A stretch of DNA of 64,000 nt, from positions 186,001-250,000 of the IMG/VR virus record IMGVR_UViG_3300045971_000577. One strand, written 5' to 3'. Positions 63,595 through 64,000 of the stretch are shown here, one piece after another (positions within the stretch are counted from its first letter, which is position 1; the number at the start of each line of letters is the position of its first letter). The notes under the pieces are model-generated. The model had not been told where the DNA came from. It ran no database searches and worked only from the letters and a program-made list of their open reading frames with translations. A program made the translations under genes and the position numbers.

Positions 63595-63668
63595 TGGTGG
63601 ACCTGGGGAGAATCGAACTCCCATAAATAGCTTGCAAAGCTACCGTAATCCCATTATACTACAGGCCC
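63595..63668 (-). tRNA. tRNA-Ala(TGC)
   Basis: G3:U70 pair, loop TT-TGC-AA, CCA. Confidence 0.92.
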
Positions 63669-63718
63669 AATATTCTTACTGTTCTCACAGTGTACTTATT
63701 TATCTCTCGTAAGTCAAG

Positions 63719-63916
63719 TCACAATATCTCTTCGGTTTTGAGATTGAAGTGTTCCATTTTGGACAGTGCAATCCAATGATGTGCTTCTTCCCAGTTGGAC
63801 ATATCCACTGCACTACGAACACTCATCTTATTGGGGATTTCCCAATAACCAAACTTCTCAGTAATCTCAAGTTCTTTAAATGGCACACGTTTCAAATCGA
63901 TGTAGCGAAGTTTCAT
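63719..63916 (-). CDS. Hypothetical protein
   Basis: ORF with GGGGAG SD. Confidence 0.5.
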   Translation of the reverse strand: MKLRYIDLKRVPFKELEITEKFGYWEIPNKMSVRSAVDMSNWEEAHHWIALSKMEHFNLKTEEIL

Positions 63917-64000
63917 TGAAGAATCATCTCCCCAAACACAACCACCGAGGAATCCAAAGTTACAATACTGTGTCCCTTTGCAACCTACAGAAAGTCCTTC

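Noticed and set aside
1-64000. Stop-codon reassignment (alternative genetic code)
   Set aside because: Core genes are full-length in code 11, all three stops are used, and no suppressor (CUA/UCA) tRNA was found.
63917-64000. Possible tRNA at the window end
   Set aside because: No T-loop or CCA signature; probably the tail of an upstream gene.

Overview
The window is 64 kb of a large T4-like (myovirus, probably jumbo) bacteriophage genome, read in genetic code 11 and mostly on the minus strand. From left to right it holds four modules. (1) Replication/recombination, 0.9-12.4 kb: a miniature DnaE-like core, a clamp-loader-like protein, UvsW, UvsY, UvsX/RecA and gp32-like SSB. (2) Packaging/head/tail, 12.6-32.5 kb: large terminase, head-core-like proteins, gp4, tail tube, C1 protease, tail sheath, PKD proteins, a SET protein, dNMP kinase and a neck protein. 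(3) rIIA/rIIB. (4) An accessory region, 40-64 kb: 17 tRNA genes, DHFR, NADAR, glutaredoxin, LuxR, a non-specific nuclease, RNA ligase, Pth2, a TAXI-like solute-binding protein and holin-like proteins. About ten free-standing homing endonuclease genes are scattered through the window. The strongest unexplained signal is at 49.1-51.6 kb. A sigma70-type promoter precedes four non-coding units, each closed by a 5'/3' stem followed by C(A/C)GCAA. Two of the units contain circularly permuted tRNA-like domains, the layout of bacterial YrlA Y RNAs. The units lie directly upstream of a DUF2828-type TROVE/vWA (Ro60-like) gene, which suggests a phage Ro/Y-RNA system. Other notable signals: non-canonical tRNAs (an 8/4+bulge Ser(GGA), a class-II UAU tRNA, bulged initiator-like tRNAs), a ~190-nt unidentified structured RNA, an A10 frameshift site, an ATC-initiated gene, and a mini-ORF carrying the gp23 capsid motif. 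All protein assignments come from motif recognition by eye; no database searches were run.
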